Shown here in pieces: positions 49,441 through 60,036 of a stretch of 64,000 nucleotides of DNA (position 1 is its first letter; each line of letters starts with the position of its first letter). The stretch lies in assembly GCA_046349735.1 (NCBI GenBank), contig JAXMBU010000026.1:14746-78745 (forward strand). The letters are read 5' to 3'. Position numbers and translations under genes: made by a program. The notes under the pieces were generated by a model that did no database searches, had not been told where the DNA came from, and saw only the letters and a list, made by a program, of their open reading frames with translations. This DNA is from Planctomycetaceae bacterium (GTDB lineage Bacteria > Planctomycetota > Planctomycetia > Planctomycetales > Planctomycetaceae).

Positions 49441-49571
49441 CAGTTTTCCAAACCCGCTATTATTCGCATCGAAACGCGATTGTTGCTTCTGGAGCCCTGT
49501 ATTTTTCGGGGCAGCAGCGATTGTAGTGGATCGGAAATCCCGGGTAGCCGGGTGAAACTCGGATTGGAACC

Positions 49572-50363
49572 ATGGCCCGTCTTACTCAGGCCGATCTCGT
49601 TGCCTTAAATCGCGCGTTTGATGACCGTTCTCCCCAGGAATTGATTCTGTGGGCGAAAGAGACATTTGGAGAGCGCGTCGCGGCAATGTCTTCGATGCAG
49701 GAATCGGGCAATGTGATCTGTCACATGCTGTATTCCATTCCGGCTAAACTACCGGTTGTGTTTGTCGATACGGGCGTGCTGTTTCAGGAAACACTGGACA
49801 CACGCGATCGACTGATGCAGAGTTATGGTCTCGAAATCGAAACGTTGACACCGACGCTTACGATGGAGGAGCAGACAGAGAAATATGGAATTCTGTACCT
49901 GACTCCAGAGGGACAGAAGCAGTGTTGTGAGATGAGGAAGTCTGAGCCACTGGATGCCGTTAAAGGCCGGTACGATGCATTGATTGGTAGTCTCCGTCGG
50001 GCGGACGGGGGCCGTCGTGGTGTTTGTCCAATTCTGGCGATCGACTCCCGACTAAACTGCCTTCGAGTCAACCCTCTGGCAAATTTCACTGACGAGCAGC
50101 TGGAAGCCTATATTCACGAACACAAAGTGATTCTGAATCCTCTGCACAAGCAGGGATTTTCCACAATTGGGTGCAATCGATGTACAACGCCAGTTCTGCC
50201 GGGTGAACCGAAACGAGCTGGTCGTTGGCGACATCTTGGCCCGTGGAGCGTCTACTGCGGCATTAACCCGACAGACCTCGATCCGGAACGTTCGCCCGCT
50301 GTGGATTTCCCTCAGGACCTGGTCGACCGAATACTTGGTCGTCAAACGGACTTCATGATCTGA
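49572..50363 (+). CDS. cysH: Adenylylsulfate (APS) / PAPS reductase, thioredoxin-dependent, Fe-S type
   Basis: 263 aa. The Cys pair in [12 protein letters not shown] plus GCNRCT indicate the cluster-binding APS-reductase subtype. Confidence 0.88.
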   Translation: MARLTQADLVALNRAFDDRSPQELILWAKETFGERVAAMSSMQESGNVICHMLYSIPAKLPVVFVDTGVLFQETLDTRDRLMQSYGLEIETLTPTLTMEEQTEKYGILYLTPEGQKQCCEMRKSEPLDAVKGRYDALIGSLRRADGGRRGVCPILAIDSRLNCLRVNPLANFTDEQLEAYIHEHKVILNPLHKQGFSTIGCNRCTTPVLPGEPKRAGRWRHLGPWSVYCGINPTDLDPERSPAVDFPQDLVDRILGRQTDFMI

Positions 50364-50969
50364 TTCGTCGCAGTCCCGACGGGCTTTTGAGCACTTGTGA
50401 GGTCGGTCCACTTGCTTCAGGCGGCGAGGGGTTTGGATTTCCTGGCGGCCGGGCGAGGTGGTATCCTGGTCACCAGGTGGGATTTCGATGCGTTTCGCGA
50501 CCAAGATACCGGGATGACAACGACTTGCCCTGTGGGGTAGTTTGCGCAGATTGGTCCACTGTCCCGAGTGATGCCGTTTATGAACATTGAATGAGTTTTT
50601 TGCGATTCAATGTTTGCGTGCTTGCAACATGTCGTCGGCCGACACCATGATCTCTTTCAGTAAGAGGGCGTTGGAATCCGGGGCCGTTAAGGTGCCTTGG
50701 TATTTTGCAGCAAGGGAGCGTCATCGGCACCTTGGCGGCCCTTTACTGGCGTTTTCGCAACATTGACAACGGTCAGTCGTGCGGCAGACGCTGGTGGAAA
50801 TCGGGATCGGCTCCTGATCTGCCAGCCACATTTTTCAAATGTGGTCAGGAAATGGCAGGGGATTTGCTGATTCGGGTTCCTCCGAAGTGAACGGTCCGGG
50901 AACTTTTTGATTGTCGTCTGCAGGATGGTTTGAGTTTCGGAAGACAGCTCACAGATTGACGCGCCCTCA

Positions 50970-52514
50970 ATGAACTCTTCAGTAGTAGTACTCGTCTCCG
51001 CCTCTTTGTCCGCGCTGATTCTGGCGCCGGTCGTGGGTTATGTTTGCCGATTGCTGGGAATCGTTGACCGTCCGGATGGTCATCGAAAGCTCCATGTTCG
51101 AGTCGTTCCGCTGACGGGTGGACCAACGGTCTTGCTATCTATTGTCGTGGCGATTGCCGTAACCACGCTGGTGTTTCCGGATTTATTAAGTTCGAGTGAT
51201 GGCGATGTTCGTTTTCTGCTGTCACTCTCCGGTGCTTCGCTGCTGATTGTTCTTGTCGGAATCCTGGACGACAGGTTCGGGTTGCGTGGCCGTCAGAAGC
51301 TGGCCGGTCAGTTCCTGGCCGCGTTGATTATGGTTCCATCCGGCATATTGATTCGTCGGATTGAGCTCTTTGGTTACCCGATTGAGTTCGGTGATGTTGC
51401 TCCTTTCGTCACCGTCTTTTGGATTCTGGGTGCGGTAAACGCGTTGAATCTGATTGATGGAGTTGACGGGCTGGCAAGTACGACCGGCATTATTCTCAGT
51501 TTGTCGGTGGCGGCTGTGACATATATTCTGGGCGGACGCCCGGATGGATTATTGATATCGTTGGCTCTTGCAGGTGCTCTGACGGGGTTTCTGTTTTACA
51601 ACTTCCCTCCGGCGAAGATGTTTCTGGGTGATTCCGGAAGCATGCTGATCGGTCTGATTCTTGGCAGCGTGGCATTGAAGTGCTCCTTGAAGCAGTATGC
51701 AGCCGTTGCGCTGATCATGCCGACGGCGATTTGGGCCATCCCGATTTTTGACGTGGCCATGGCGATTCTGCGTCGTCGACTGACTGGGCGTAGCATCTAT
51801 ACCACTGACAGAGGGCACCTGCATCATTGCCTTGTGCGACATGGTCATACGGGTGGTCGACTGCTGCTGATCGTGGGTTCATTGTGCAGTCTGACGGGCT
51901 TGGGTGCGATTGCGTCGGCCACCTTTAACAGTGAGATACTGGCGGTTATGGCCGTCTTTACAGCGTTGTCACTGCTTGTGGCGACGCGGTCATTTGGACA
52001 CGCCGAGCTGAATCTTCTGACCAATCGTGTTCGCCGGTTTGCCAGCTCGCTTTTTCGCAAGGGGGCTCAGCGAAATCCGATTCTGCATGATGAGCAGGTT
52101 CGGCTACACGGAAAGCACAAATGGGAACACTTGTGGGAGACATTGACTCAGTTCGCTGAGAGGCATGAACTGGCGGGTGTCGAGTTGATGGTCAATATGC
52201 CCAGCATGGGTGAAGCCTATCATGCCACCTGGAGAACACGCATGCAGGTGGAACAACATGATGCCTGGCGTTCTGATATTCCTCTCGTCATAGAAGGAAT
52301 CCGAGCCGGTCATGTCAGACTGGTGGGTGTCGCACCGCCGGATTCTGTTTGTGATTGGCTGAACCGGGTGATGGACGGGATGAAGCCCTTTGAACATCAA
52401 CTTCGAGAGATTGTTCTCCATTTGCGGAGCCAGCGGATGAATGCCAACGGAACGCTGCGGGATTCCGGGGGGCCATTCCGGTTACCGCCTGTTCCGGAAG
52501 AAGCGACGGCCTGA
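50970..52514 (+). CDS. Polyprenyl-phosphate sugar-1-phosphate transferase (MraY/WecA family) with a ~170-aa C-terminal cytoplasmic extension
   Basis: Contains LGIVDRPDGHRKLH, GILDDRFGL, NLIDGVDGLAS and FLGDSGS. Multi-TM N-terminal 340 aa. Confidence 0.88.
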   Translation: MNSSVVVLVSASLSALILAPVVGYVCRLLGIVDRPDGHRKLHVRVVPLTGGPTVLLSIVVAIAVTTLVFPDLLSSSDGDVRFLLSLSGASLLIVLVGILDDRFGLRGRQKLAGQFLAALIMVPSGILIRRIELFGYPIEFGDVAPFVTVFWILGAVNALNLIDGVDGLASTTGIILSLSVAAVTYILGGRPDGLLISLALAGALTGFLFYNFPPAKMFLGDSGSMLIGLILGSVALKCSLKQYAAVALIMPTAIWAIPIFDVAMAILRRRLTGRSIYTTDRGHLHHCLVRHGHTGGRLLLIVGSLCSLTGLGAIASATFNSEILAVMAVFTALSLLVATRSFGHAELNLLTNRVRRFASSLFRKGAQRNPILHDEQVRLHGKHKWEHLWETLTQFAERHELAGVELMVNMPSMGEAYHATWRTRMQVEQHDAWRSDIPLVIEGIRAGHVRLVGVAPPDSVCDWLNRVMDGMKPFEHQLREIVLHLRSQRMNANGTLRDSGGPFRLPPVPEEATA

Positions 52515-52590
52515 TTGGTTAGTCGAGTCACCGAAAAGTAATTGTTTCAGGTAACTCAGGGATATGACACTTTAGGGGGCCGATCTTCGG

Positions 52591-55293
52591 ATGATGGATC
52601 AACACGTGCTCCGACAACCCTCACCTCGAGATCCTCACGCCCCTCCAAGACGAACAGCTTTTTCATATGGCGAGTTCTTGCGTGCCTGTGGTCTGTGTAT
52701 CATCACTCTGACAGTCTGCGTCGTCCCCTGGTTGCTGGGTGGCGCCATTCCGCATGCGAAATGCGCGTTGCTCATTGGTGCGGTGGCAGGGGCGGCGCTG
52801 GCATTGGCAGGGTGCATTTTGCGAAAAGAACTTCCAGCGAAGATGCCGCTGACAGCATGGCCTCTGCTGGGATTGTGCCTGAGTAGTCTTCTGCAGTTGA
52901 TGCCGGTGTTCGAACATCCGGCTTTGCAAATGAAGCATGCTGTCAAGCACAGTCTGGCTCAGGATCTTCCTGTTTTTCAGGACGAGGTCGCTCTGCGGAA
53001 ATCGTATCCTCGTACGGTTCTGCCGGCAGAGACGCGGCAAGGGCTGGTTCAGCTGCTGTCGCTGGTCCTGATTGTGTTGGCGGTGAGGGAATCAGCAACT
53101 ACGCCGAGACACGTCGCGTTCGTGATGGTGGGACTCGTCTTAAGCGGTTGTGGCATGACGGCTCTGGCTCTGTCTCAACAATACGGAATGCTGGATGTTG
53201 TGGTTGGCAATTATTGGAAGGTGAGTAAGACAAAACCTTTCGGATGCTTTGTGAATCCCAATAATGCGGCCAGCTGGCTCATCGTTTGTCTGGCGGCGGC
53301 ATTCTATTTGGGGGGCCGTTGTTTCAGAATTCGTGACTTGAGCGAGGTGAGATCATCACGGAACGTACGAACCGTTGCCGACAGGATCTGGCTGCAATGG
53401 TCTGGATTCCTGGGGCGTCTCGCCGAGATGAACACATCGCAGATTCTTGCTTCTGCGGCGATCATCCTGCTGATTGCGGGGATTGCAGCCACTCTGTCCA
53501 GAGCCGGTATCGTGGCCGCCGTTCTTGGCATCATTGCGCTGGGAATGAGCCGACTTCTGGCCGGACGCTGGCTGGCCTCGTTCTGTAGCGTGCTCCTGAT
53601 TCTGATTCTCAGTTCTTTGTTTATGAGTCTTATGGATCTGGACACGACCGTACTCTCAGAACTGCGGACATTAAAGGACCCGGTTTCGGATTCAACAATC
53701 CGTCTTTTGCACTGGACCGATTCATTGCAGTCATGTGCTGACTTTCCTTTATTGGGGTCAGGTTTTTCTGCCTATCGCTGTGCATCAATGCCATATCAAC
53801 GTCACGAGACCGGCAAGTGGTTTCAGCGCGCGGATAATCAATATGTCGAAGTGCTTGTTGAGGGGGGGCTTATGGGTCTCAGCTGCTTCCTCGCTATCGG
53901 GTTGCTGATGATCAAATTCGCTTTCAACGCCCTGGCATCTCGACATCGGCGAGTAGTCGCCGACGTGGATGTTGCAGAATGGCTAGGTAGTATTGCCCTT
54001 CTTTGCGTCGTCGGATTGGCTGGCGCCGCATTCTTTGATTATGGCACATCGCTGTCGTCTGTGGCTTCTGCTTTTGTGACGATCATGGTCATCGTCGAAC
54101 GATGGTCTTACCAGTCACAAAAGCCGTTTGTTGAAAAGCCGAGGGCTCCTGGCCTGTCGTTTCCGGCGGTTTCACGAGCTTTTGTGTGGGTTCTTGTGAT
54201 AGTTGCCTGCATGGCTCAGCTGCCTGACTCATTGGCGGCGGCGAGAATCTATAACGCAACCGCGCCTGTCGAACGGATGGTTGCAAACCCTGATGTTGGC
54301 GTGTTGATCGAGTCCGGTGAGGAATTGTGCGAAAACCTTGATCAAGTGCTTTCAACTCGTCCGGACGACTACCTCGGCCAGCGCGTTAAGGTGCTTTTGC
54401 TGGATCTTCTCTGTCGACGCGATCTTTTGCTGCAGACTACGGATGGAAGAACTGAATCTCCGGAGCAGTTGGATGCGATGTTCAGACAACTTGATATCGC
54501 CAGCCTGACTTTTCGTCTGGCGGATGAATCCGTCGCTGCTGATGTTAAGGACGCAGTACAGCGTGAGGTTACCGTACCGTTGGAGAAATACGGCTGCACA
54601 GTAGTTGGCAGAAGGTTGTTGCAGCATTCGGCAGGACTCCCGTCTGTTGGCTTGATGCAGATTGAATATGATTTATTTCTTGGAGATATGGCCTCGAGCC
54701 AGCAGCACATTGCCTGGTTGCGGTTTTCGGAACCTCACGGTGCGGCTGCGCTGTTTGAAATTGGTCAGATTCTGTTTCGTATGGAACGGCTAGAGGAGGC
54801 GCGAGAGTGCTGGATTCACTCATTGTTGATTTCGGAAGTCTTCCGTCCAAAGATGATTATGGACAGGGTCGCTACCTCGGGGTTAGATTCTGCTCTCGCG
54901 TGGCTGATGCCCCCTGACTATGAAACCTGTGTCAAATGTGTCATCGAGTGCCGGGCCGATCCCCTTGTGGTGTCAAGACTACTGGAGCGGGCCAATCAAT
55001 TGTGGGTTGAGCAGCCGCCAGAGCGGACTGAACCAGTGATGCTACTGCGGGCAGAGCATCTGGTGGAGCTCGGGCAGGCCAGTGAGGCGCTGACTTCATT
55101 GGATGAATTTCTCTACTCCGAACCGCACAATCTGGCCGTGAGAAAGGCCAAGGCCAGACTCCTCGAACGGGTGGGCCAGAACGCGAAGGCATACGATGAA
55201 TGGTTGCGGGTTCGCAGCTTTTCTGCGGAAGATCCTGATGCTGAATCGTCCTTGAACAGGTTGGTGAAATTGCCTCCCACGACTTTTCGGTAA
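52591..55293 (+). CDS. O-antigen ligase/polymerase-like (Wzy_C) membrane protein fused to a C-terminal TPR-like domain
   Basis: 900 aa with more than 10 TM segments. Contains LLGSGFSAYR...ADNQYVEVLVEGGLMG, typical of the Wzy_C family. The C-terminal ~350 aa are soluble and helical-repeat-like. Confidence 0.8.
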   Translation: MMDQHVLRQPSPRDPHAPPRRTAFSYGEFLRACGLCIITLTVCVVPWLLGGAIPHAKCALLIGAVAGAALALAGCILRKELPAKMPLTAWPLLGLCLSSLLQLMPVFEHPALQMKHAVKHSLAQDLPVFQDEVALRKSYPRTVLPAETRQGLVQLLSLVLIVLAVRESATTPRHVAFVMVGLVLSGCGMTALALSQQYGMLDVVVGNYWKVSKTKPFGCFVNPNNAASWLIVCLAAAFYLGGRCFRIRDLSEVRSSRNVRTVADRIWLQWSGFLGRLAEMNTSQILASAAIILLIAGIAATLSRAGIVAAVLGIIALGMSRLLAGRWLASFCSVLLILILSSLFMSLMDLDTTVLSELRTLKDPVSDSTIRLLHWTDSLQSCADFPLLGSGFSAYRCASMPYQRHETGKWFQRADNQYVEVLVEGGLMGLSCFLAIGLLMIKFAFNALASRHRRVVADVDVAEWLGSIALLCVVGLAGAAFFDYGTSLSSVASAFVTIMVIVERWSYQSQKPFVEKPRAPGLSFPAVSRAFVWVLVIVACMAQLPDSLAAARIYNATAPVERMVANPDVGVLIESGEELCENLDQVLSTRPDDYLGQRVKVLLLDLLCRRDLLLQTTDGRTESPEQLDAMFRQLDIASLTFRLADESVAADVKDAVQREVTVPLEKYGCTVVGRRLLQHSAGLPSVGLMQIEYDLFLGDMASSQQHIAWLRFSEPHGAAALFEIGQILFRMERLEEARECWIHSLLISEVFRPKMIMDRVATSGLDSALAWLMPPDYETCVKCVIECRADPLVVSRLLERANQLWVEQPPERTEPVMLLRAEHLVELGQASEALTSLDEFLYSEPHNLAVRKAKARLLERVGQNAKAYDEWLRVRSFSAEDPDAESSLNRLVKLPPTTFR

Positions 55294-55571
55294 TGAGAAG
55301 CCGTGCTGGGAAGCTGCGGGCTCACGGGTTTACTGAGCATTTGTTCTGTTCTGTCTGAGACGAGCAGGCGGGCGTTGATTTTACAAAACATGAAGTTGAT
55401 GACTTCCGGCATCAGGCTTTCCCAAATCCCCCAGGTTTTTCCGGTGGCAGGGGATGCTCCTGGAGTTCCTGAAATATCGACTCTGTTGTGGATTACCGAC
55501 TGAAAACGTCTCACAATGACTAAGTAGACGCAAGAATTGTGGTTCATCGAGGAGCCCAGCGTCACCGGACC

Positions 55572-57896
55572 ATGAAATTCGAGGAGTTTGTGACTGTGCC
55601 AAGCATGCCCTACGAAAACCAGCTTGTTCAGCCTGCACCAGGCGAGGATCAGAGCGGAAGCATTGATTTGCTGGGTTTTATTCGGCGGCGAAAGTCCTTC
55701 GTCATTCTGTTTGGACTCCTTGGAGTGGCCGTTGGCTACATGATGTTTCAGCGGGAAACGCCGCAGTATCGATCGGAATCCTGGGTGCAGGTGATTCATC
55801 GCACTTCTGATCCCCGTCTGACGTCCATGCTGGCTGAAAAGGATCTGACGGATTCCGATTATGTGATGAAGAGCAAAAAAACGCTGGGGGCTGCCTTTCA
55901 GAAGCATGGGCTTTCAGAGCTATCCCTCCTGCAGGGACTGGCTGAGGAAGATGCTGTCAATCGGATGGCCGGGATGATTGCTACCAAGAATCTGTCGGCT
56001 AACGTGGTTCAGGTCTCCGCCACGGGGACGGATCCAGACGATCTTCGTCGGATTGTTCAGGCGGCTTCGGAAGAGTATGTCTTCGCTCAGCAGGGGAACT
56101 ACAAAGATGCTTCCGAAGAGCTGAAGGAGATTCTCGGCAGGGCTCGCGATGAGTTTCTGACGATGTTGAAAAAAGCTGAGGATGATTACAGTACGTTCCG
56201 CGAACATTCTCGATTGAACACAAACGGTGATAATCCATTTCGGGCTCGCGCTCTCGCCGCGCAGGAGAAGGTTTCTGCGCTGGAACTGGAAAAGACAGAG
56301 CTGAAGGCTCAGTTGGCCCAGCTTGAAGAAGCTGTGGGTCGTGGTGGCTCTCGTGAGGCGGTGATGCTGCTGGTGGGGAAATACACCGAGAATTCTCAGG
56401 TGGGAACCACGAGCACACAGTCGCCTTCGCAGGGCGTTGCTTCGGCGCTGTTTCCGCTGATCAAAGAGGAGGCGCTGCTTTCTGCACAGCTTGGCAGTGA
56501 TCACCCGAAGCTCAAGACGATTCGCATGCAGATCGAGATGACAAGAAATCATCTGAAGCAGCTTGCAGGTGAGGCGGCGGCCACGGGCAATTCTGAAGCG
56601 GAGCCAGCAACAGATTTTTTGACCGTGTACCTGCAGTCGTTGCAGGAAGAATTGCGAATTATTGAACGCCAACAATCGGATTTGAAGATTCTGGCGGCCA
56701 ATGAAGAGACGCAGGCCCGAACTCTGATGCAGGAGGAGATTGAGGACACGAACCGCAAGAATGAAATGGAGCGTCTGTCTAAACTTTTCAACGAAACAAC
56801 GCTGCAGATCAGTGAGATTCAGGTCAATGCTGGAATGGGCGGAATTACGGCCAGTATTCTGTCTCCTGCGCAGCCTGGGTATCTGATTTATCCGGTTCGA
56901 ACGTCCTTCCTTGGGATGGGCGGATTTCTTGGGGCGATGGTGGGTTTGGTGTTGGGCTACCTGGTGGAAGTTGCGGACCGCAGCTTTCGCAAGCCTGAGG
57001 ACATCATTCGAGAATTTGGTGTGCCTATCGTGGGGCATGTTCCCTTCATTACTGAGCAGCGATTGAAGACTGTTCCTGCGGGCAGTGTGCTGGACCGAAC
57101 TGCGGTGTCTGTGCACCTCCCCCGATCTCGACCGGCCGAAGCCTATCGAGCTGTGCGAACGGCGCTTTGTTTCAGTGCGTTCGGCGGAGCACATCGTGTT
57201 ATCTCTGTGACCAGTCCTGCCGCTGGTGACGGAAAGTCGACTCTGGCTTTGAATCTGGCGCTGTCTTTAGCGCAGTCGGGGAAGCGAACTGTTCTTGTGG
57301 AGAGTGACTTCCGTCGTCCAAAGGTTCATAAATTGACGGGCGTGGATAATAAGACAGGCTTTGTCGATGTATTGCGAGGTGATGTAGAACTCACCGATAC
57401 AATCAAAGATACTAAAGTTCCTGATTTCTTCGTGTTGCCATGCGGCAAGCGTCCCAAGGATCCTGCGGAACTGCTGGCTCGTCCGCAGTTTGAACAGCTC
57501 CTGCAGGTGCTGAGGGAGAAGTTTGAATACGTCATCATCGACACACCTCCGGTATTGGCGGTTACAGATCCATGTGGTGTTGCCGCTCGGGTTGATGGGG
57601 TCCTGGTCTGTATGCGACTCAGCCGTCATACACGAGATCTCGGGCGAAGGACGATCGAGCAGCTTCGTGATGTGGGCGCCACGATTTCTGGTATTGTGAT
57701 TAACGGAGTTGAAGAGCGAGACGCCTATGGATACGGCAATTACCGCTATTCAGACTACCGATACTACTACAAGAACTACAATTACAAGTACGGCGAGTAC
57801 GGCAGTAAGGATGGTCGGGAATACTACGCCGACGAGAATGTTGGCGAGCTGGCTGGTCTGGCCTCGGAGAACCTGAACGATTCATCGGTCTCCTGA
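55572..57896 (+). CDS. Polysaccharide co-polymerase / tyrosine autokinase (BY-kinase, Wzc/GumC-like)
   Basis: ATG 55572. N-terminal chain-length-determinant region with coiled coil. Walker A SPAAGDGKST, Walker A' VLVESDFRRP, Walker B VIIDTPPV. The C-terminal tail has 14 Tyr in 34 residues. Confidence 0.9.
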   Translation: MKFEEFVTVPSMPYENQLVQPAPGEDQSGSIDLLGFIRRRKSFVILFGLLGVAVGYMMFQRETPQYRSESWVQVIHRTSDPRLTSMLAEKDLTDSDYVMKSKKTLGAAFQKHGLSELSLLQGLAEEDAVNRMAGMIATKNLSANVVQVSATGTDPDDLRRIVQAASEEYVFAQQGNYKDASEELKEILGRARDEFLTMLKKAEDDYSTFREHSRLNTNGDNPFRARALAAQEKVSALELEKTELKAQLAQLEEAVGRGGSREAVMLLVGKYTENSQVGTTSTQSPSQGVASALFPLIKEEALLSAQLGSDHPKLKTIRMQIEMTRNHLKQLAGEAAATGNSEAEPATDFLTVYLQSLQEELRIIERQQSDLKILAANEETQARTLMQEEIEDTNRKNEMERLSKLFNETTLQISEIQVNAGMGGITASILSPAQPGYLIYPVRTSFLGMGGFLGAMVGLVLGYLVEVADRSFRKPEDIIREFGVPIVGHVPFITEQRLKTVPAGSVLDRTAVSVHLPRSRPAEAYRAVRTALCFSAFGGAHRVISVTSPAAGDGKSTLALNLALSLAQSGKRTVLVESDFRRPKVHKLTGVDNKTGFVDVLRGDVELTDTIKDTKVPDFFVLPCGKRPKDPAELLARPQFEQLLQVLREKFEYVIIDTPPVLAVTDPCGVAARVDGVLVCMRLSRHTRDLGRRTIEQLRDVGATISGIVINGVEERDAYGYGNYRYSDYRYYYKNYNYKYGEYGSKDGREYYADENVGELAGLASENLNDSSVS

Positions 57897-58546
57897 TGAA
57901 GCTGTGGCGGTGTGATTGCGTGCCTGGAAAACAAGGTGTTTGTTTGGTTGGCAGGCCCATCAGGTGTCGGTTCGCCGCAGTGTTCCGAGTTCACTGAAAC
58001 TTACGATGGGTAAGAGAAGTCCATGCTTCAGGGAATTCAGTTAGATCCTTCGTCAATGGTTGGTTGTCGTCTTTGGGGATAGATTGAGCGGTTTTGTTTT
58101 TCTTTAGACGAGGGCCTTGCTGTCGGGCGGAGCTCAACGGAGAATCGGTCGGGATAGGGTCCGGTGAACGTGCATTGTTGCTGCAGGGATGCAACAGTTG
58201 TGAGACCCATTTTGTCGGCATGACTCATACGGAACGAATCTCTCACAACATTGTTTGGGATTCTGCTGAAGTGAGGTCTGCTTCCAAAAATCCTTGCTTT
58301 GAGATTCCCTCTTGTCAATTCTGGTCGCTCAATAAGAAGGATCCCACGTCTCATCGGGCGCGGGATCTGTGTGTTTTGCGACTGTATTGATGCCCAGATT
58401 TGTGTGGGCGCCGGTTCCCTGCAACTGCTGATGTGTGGCATAAAGGCTGTGTCACCCACGGGCACGAAGTGCATCCGTAGGCAACTCGTTCTATCGTCTG
58501 ATTAGTTTCAGGGCTCGGCTTCGCAAATGTCTCAAGTCGTACGTTG

Positions 58547-59773
58547 ATGATCAGTCGCCCAAAAGTCCTGTTCCTGAATCGATCGTATTGGCCGGATGTG
58601 GAGGCTACCGGTCAGCTACTGACGGAACTCTGTGAGTCTCTGCTTTCGTCGTTTGATGTCAGCGTTGTTGCGGGACAGCCCAATCAGGTTCGGGACACAA
58701 ACGAAGGGGATGAGTGGCAGAAGGAATCGGTTCGTAACGGAGTCCGGATTCATCGCATAACTCATTCGCAGTTCTCCAAACGCAGGATGCTGCTCAAGGC
58801 GTTGAATTACATTTCGTTCGTCAGAGCCACGCGTCGGTATCTACGGTCCTGTGAGGCACCTGACGTCGTCGTGTTTGAGACGGATCCGTTTCTGTTGCCG
58901 TTCGAGGCATACCGGTTAAAGCAGCGGACCGGGTGCAAGATCGTGGGTTACCTGCAGGACATTTATCCCGATGTGGCGGTGGCGTTAGGGAAGGTTCCCG
59001 ACAACTGGATGATTCGTCGGTTGCGCAAGTCGCTGTTCGCGGTCTACCGTGCGTGCGACCGAATGGTCGTCCTGAGCGAAGACATGAAGAGTCTTTTGAT
59101 CTCAGGTGGTGTTGATGGGGATAAGGTCGACATTGTTCCGAACTGGGCGGATCCTGAGCTGATCCGTCCACTCGAAACCAGCTGCTTTCGAGTCAACAAT
59201 GGTCTTGAGAATCGTTTCGTAGTGATGTACTCCGGTAATCTTGGACTGACACAACGTCTCGAAGAATTTGTAACTGCTGCAGAGTTGTTGCGTGACGCGC
59301 CGCAAATCGTATTTGCCTTTGTCGGCCAGGGTTCTCAACGCGCGAGTTTGCTGAATCTGGTCCGACAGAAGAATCTGACGAATGTGCTATTCTTTGATTA
59401 TCAGCCCAAGTCTGAACTGGCTCAAAGTCTGAACGCCGCCGATCTGCACCTGGTGCCTCTCACACGCGAACTCAGCCAATGCCTGATGCCCAGCAAGCTC
59501 TACGGGATTTTGGCGGCGGGCCGGCCTTTTCTGACGAATGCTCCGGCGGAGAGTGAGTTGGCGAAGTTGACTCATGAATATGGGGTCGGAATTACTGTGG
59601 AACCGGGTTCCCCCAAAGACATCGCGAAGGGAATTCGAGCTGCCTCAAATAATCATCGCCGCATGATGGAGATGGGGAAAAATGCCAGAGAACTGGCGAT
59701 TTCCCGGTTTTCACGAGAGACGTCCGCAGAAAAATTCCGCAAGGTCCTGAAAACTGCACTCAGCAGTCACTAA
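58547..59773 (+). CDS. Glycosyltransferase, GT4 family (GT-B fold, WbuB-like)
   Basis: 408 aa. The C-terminal half has the Glycos_transf_1-type pattern ([23 protein letters not shown]). Confidence 0.85.
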   Translation: MISRPKVLFLNRSYWPDVEATGQLLTELCESLLSSFDVSVVAGQPNQVRDTNEGDEWQKESVRNGVRIHRITHSQFSKRRMLLKALNYISFVRATRRYLRSCEAPDVVVFETDPFLLPFEAYRLKQRTGCKIVGYLQDIYPDVAVALGKVPDNWMIRRLRKSLFAVYRACDRMVVLSEDMKSLLISGGVDGDKVDIVPNWADPELIRPLETSCFRVNNGLENRFVVMYSGNLGLTQRLEEFVTAAELLRDAPQIVFAFVGQGSQRASLLNLVRQKNLTNVLFFDYQPKSELAQSLNAADLHLVPLTRELSQCLMPSKLYGILAAGRPFLTNAPAESELAKLTHEYGVGITVEPGSPKDIAKGIRAASNNHRRMMEMGKNARELAISRFSRETSAEKFRKVLKTALSSH

Positions 59774-60036
59774 CGCTATTTGTCTCGACCAATCATTTTG
59801 CAATCATTCCGGCCAGGCTGTTGATTGAGTCTGTTTATCAGCCGCAGGGCGATAGCCCCGGTTGTTCTTGCTGTTTTGTATCGAAAACTGGACGCTATCG
59901 AGTTCCGACGAACGATATCAACAGTCTGTCAGGTGTCCACGGATCACAGGTCTCTGGCGATGGCGGAAAGTCGTCTCCGCTGCACCGGTATGAGAGATCT
60001 CCGTCCCGTCAGGTTTGTAAAGTAAGTACAGGTCTA

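Noticed and set aside
49545-49564. A possible third copy of the 47.1/62.2 kb repeat head (GTAGCCGGGTGAAACTCGG).
   Set aside because: Only the first 8 nt and scattered positions match. That is too short and gapped to call without a genome-wide consensus, so it is mentioned only within the cysH leader finding.
55920-57194. A 424-aa ORF antisense to the BY-kinase gene, and a 264-aa ORF (55113-55907) spanning the ligase/kinase junction.
   Set aside because: The sense genes have unambiguous Walker motifs and Wzy_C features. The antisense translations are low-complexity and Arg/Leu/Gln-rich.
58037-58474. Overlapping ORFs of 68-145 aa on both strands in the BY-kinase/GT4 gap.
   Set aside because: The compositions are low-complexity and Arg/Ser/Pro-rich, the ORFs overlap one another, and none has a motif. 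I treated the region as non-coding and reported it as a finding.
58461-58476. A GGCACG-aagt-GCAT sequence considered as a sigma-54 (-24/-12) promoter. TGGTATTTTGCA at about 50698 was considered too.
   Set aside because: The GG-to-GC spacing is 2-4 nt too short relative to the TGGCACG-N4-TTGCA consensus.
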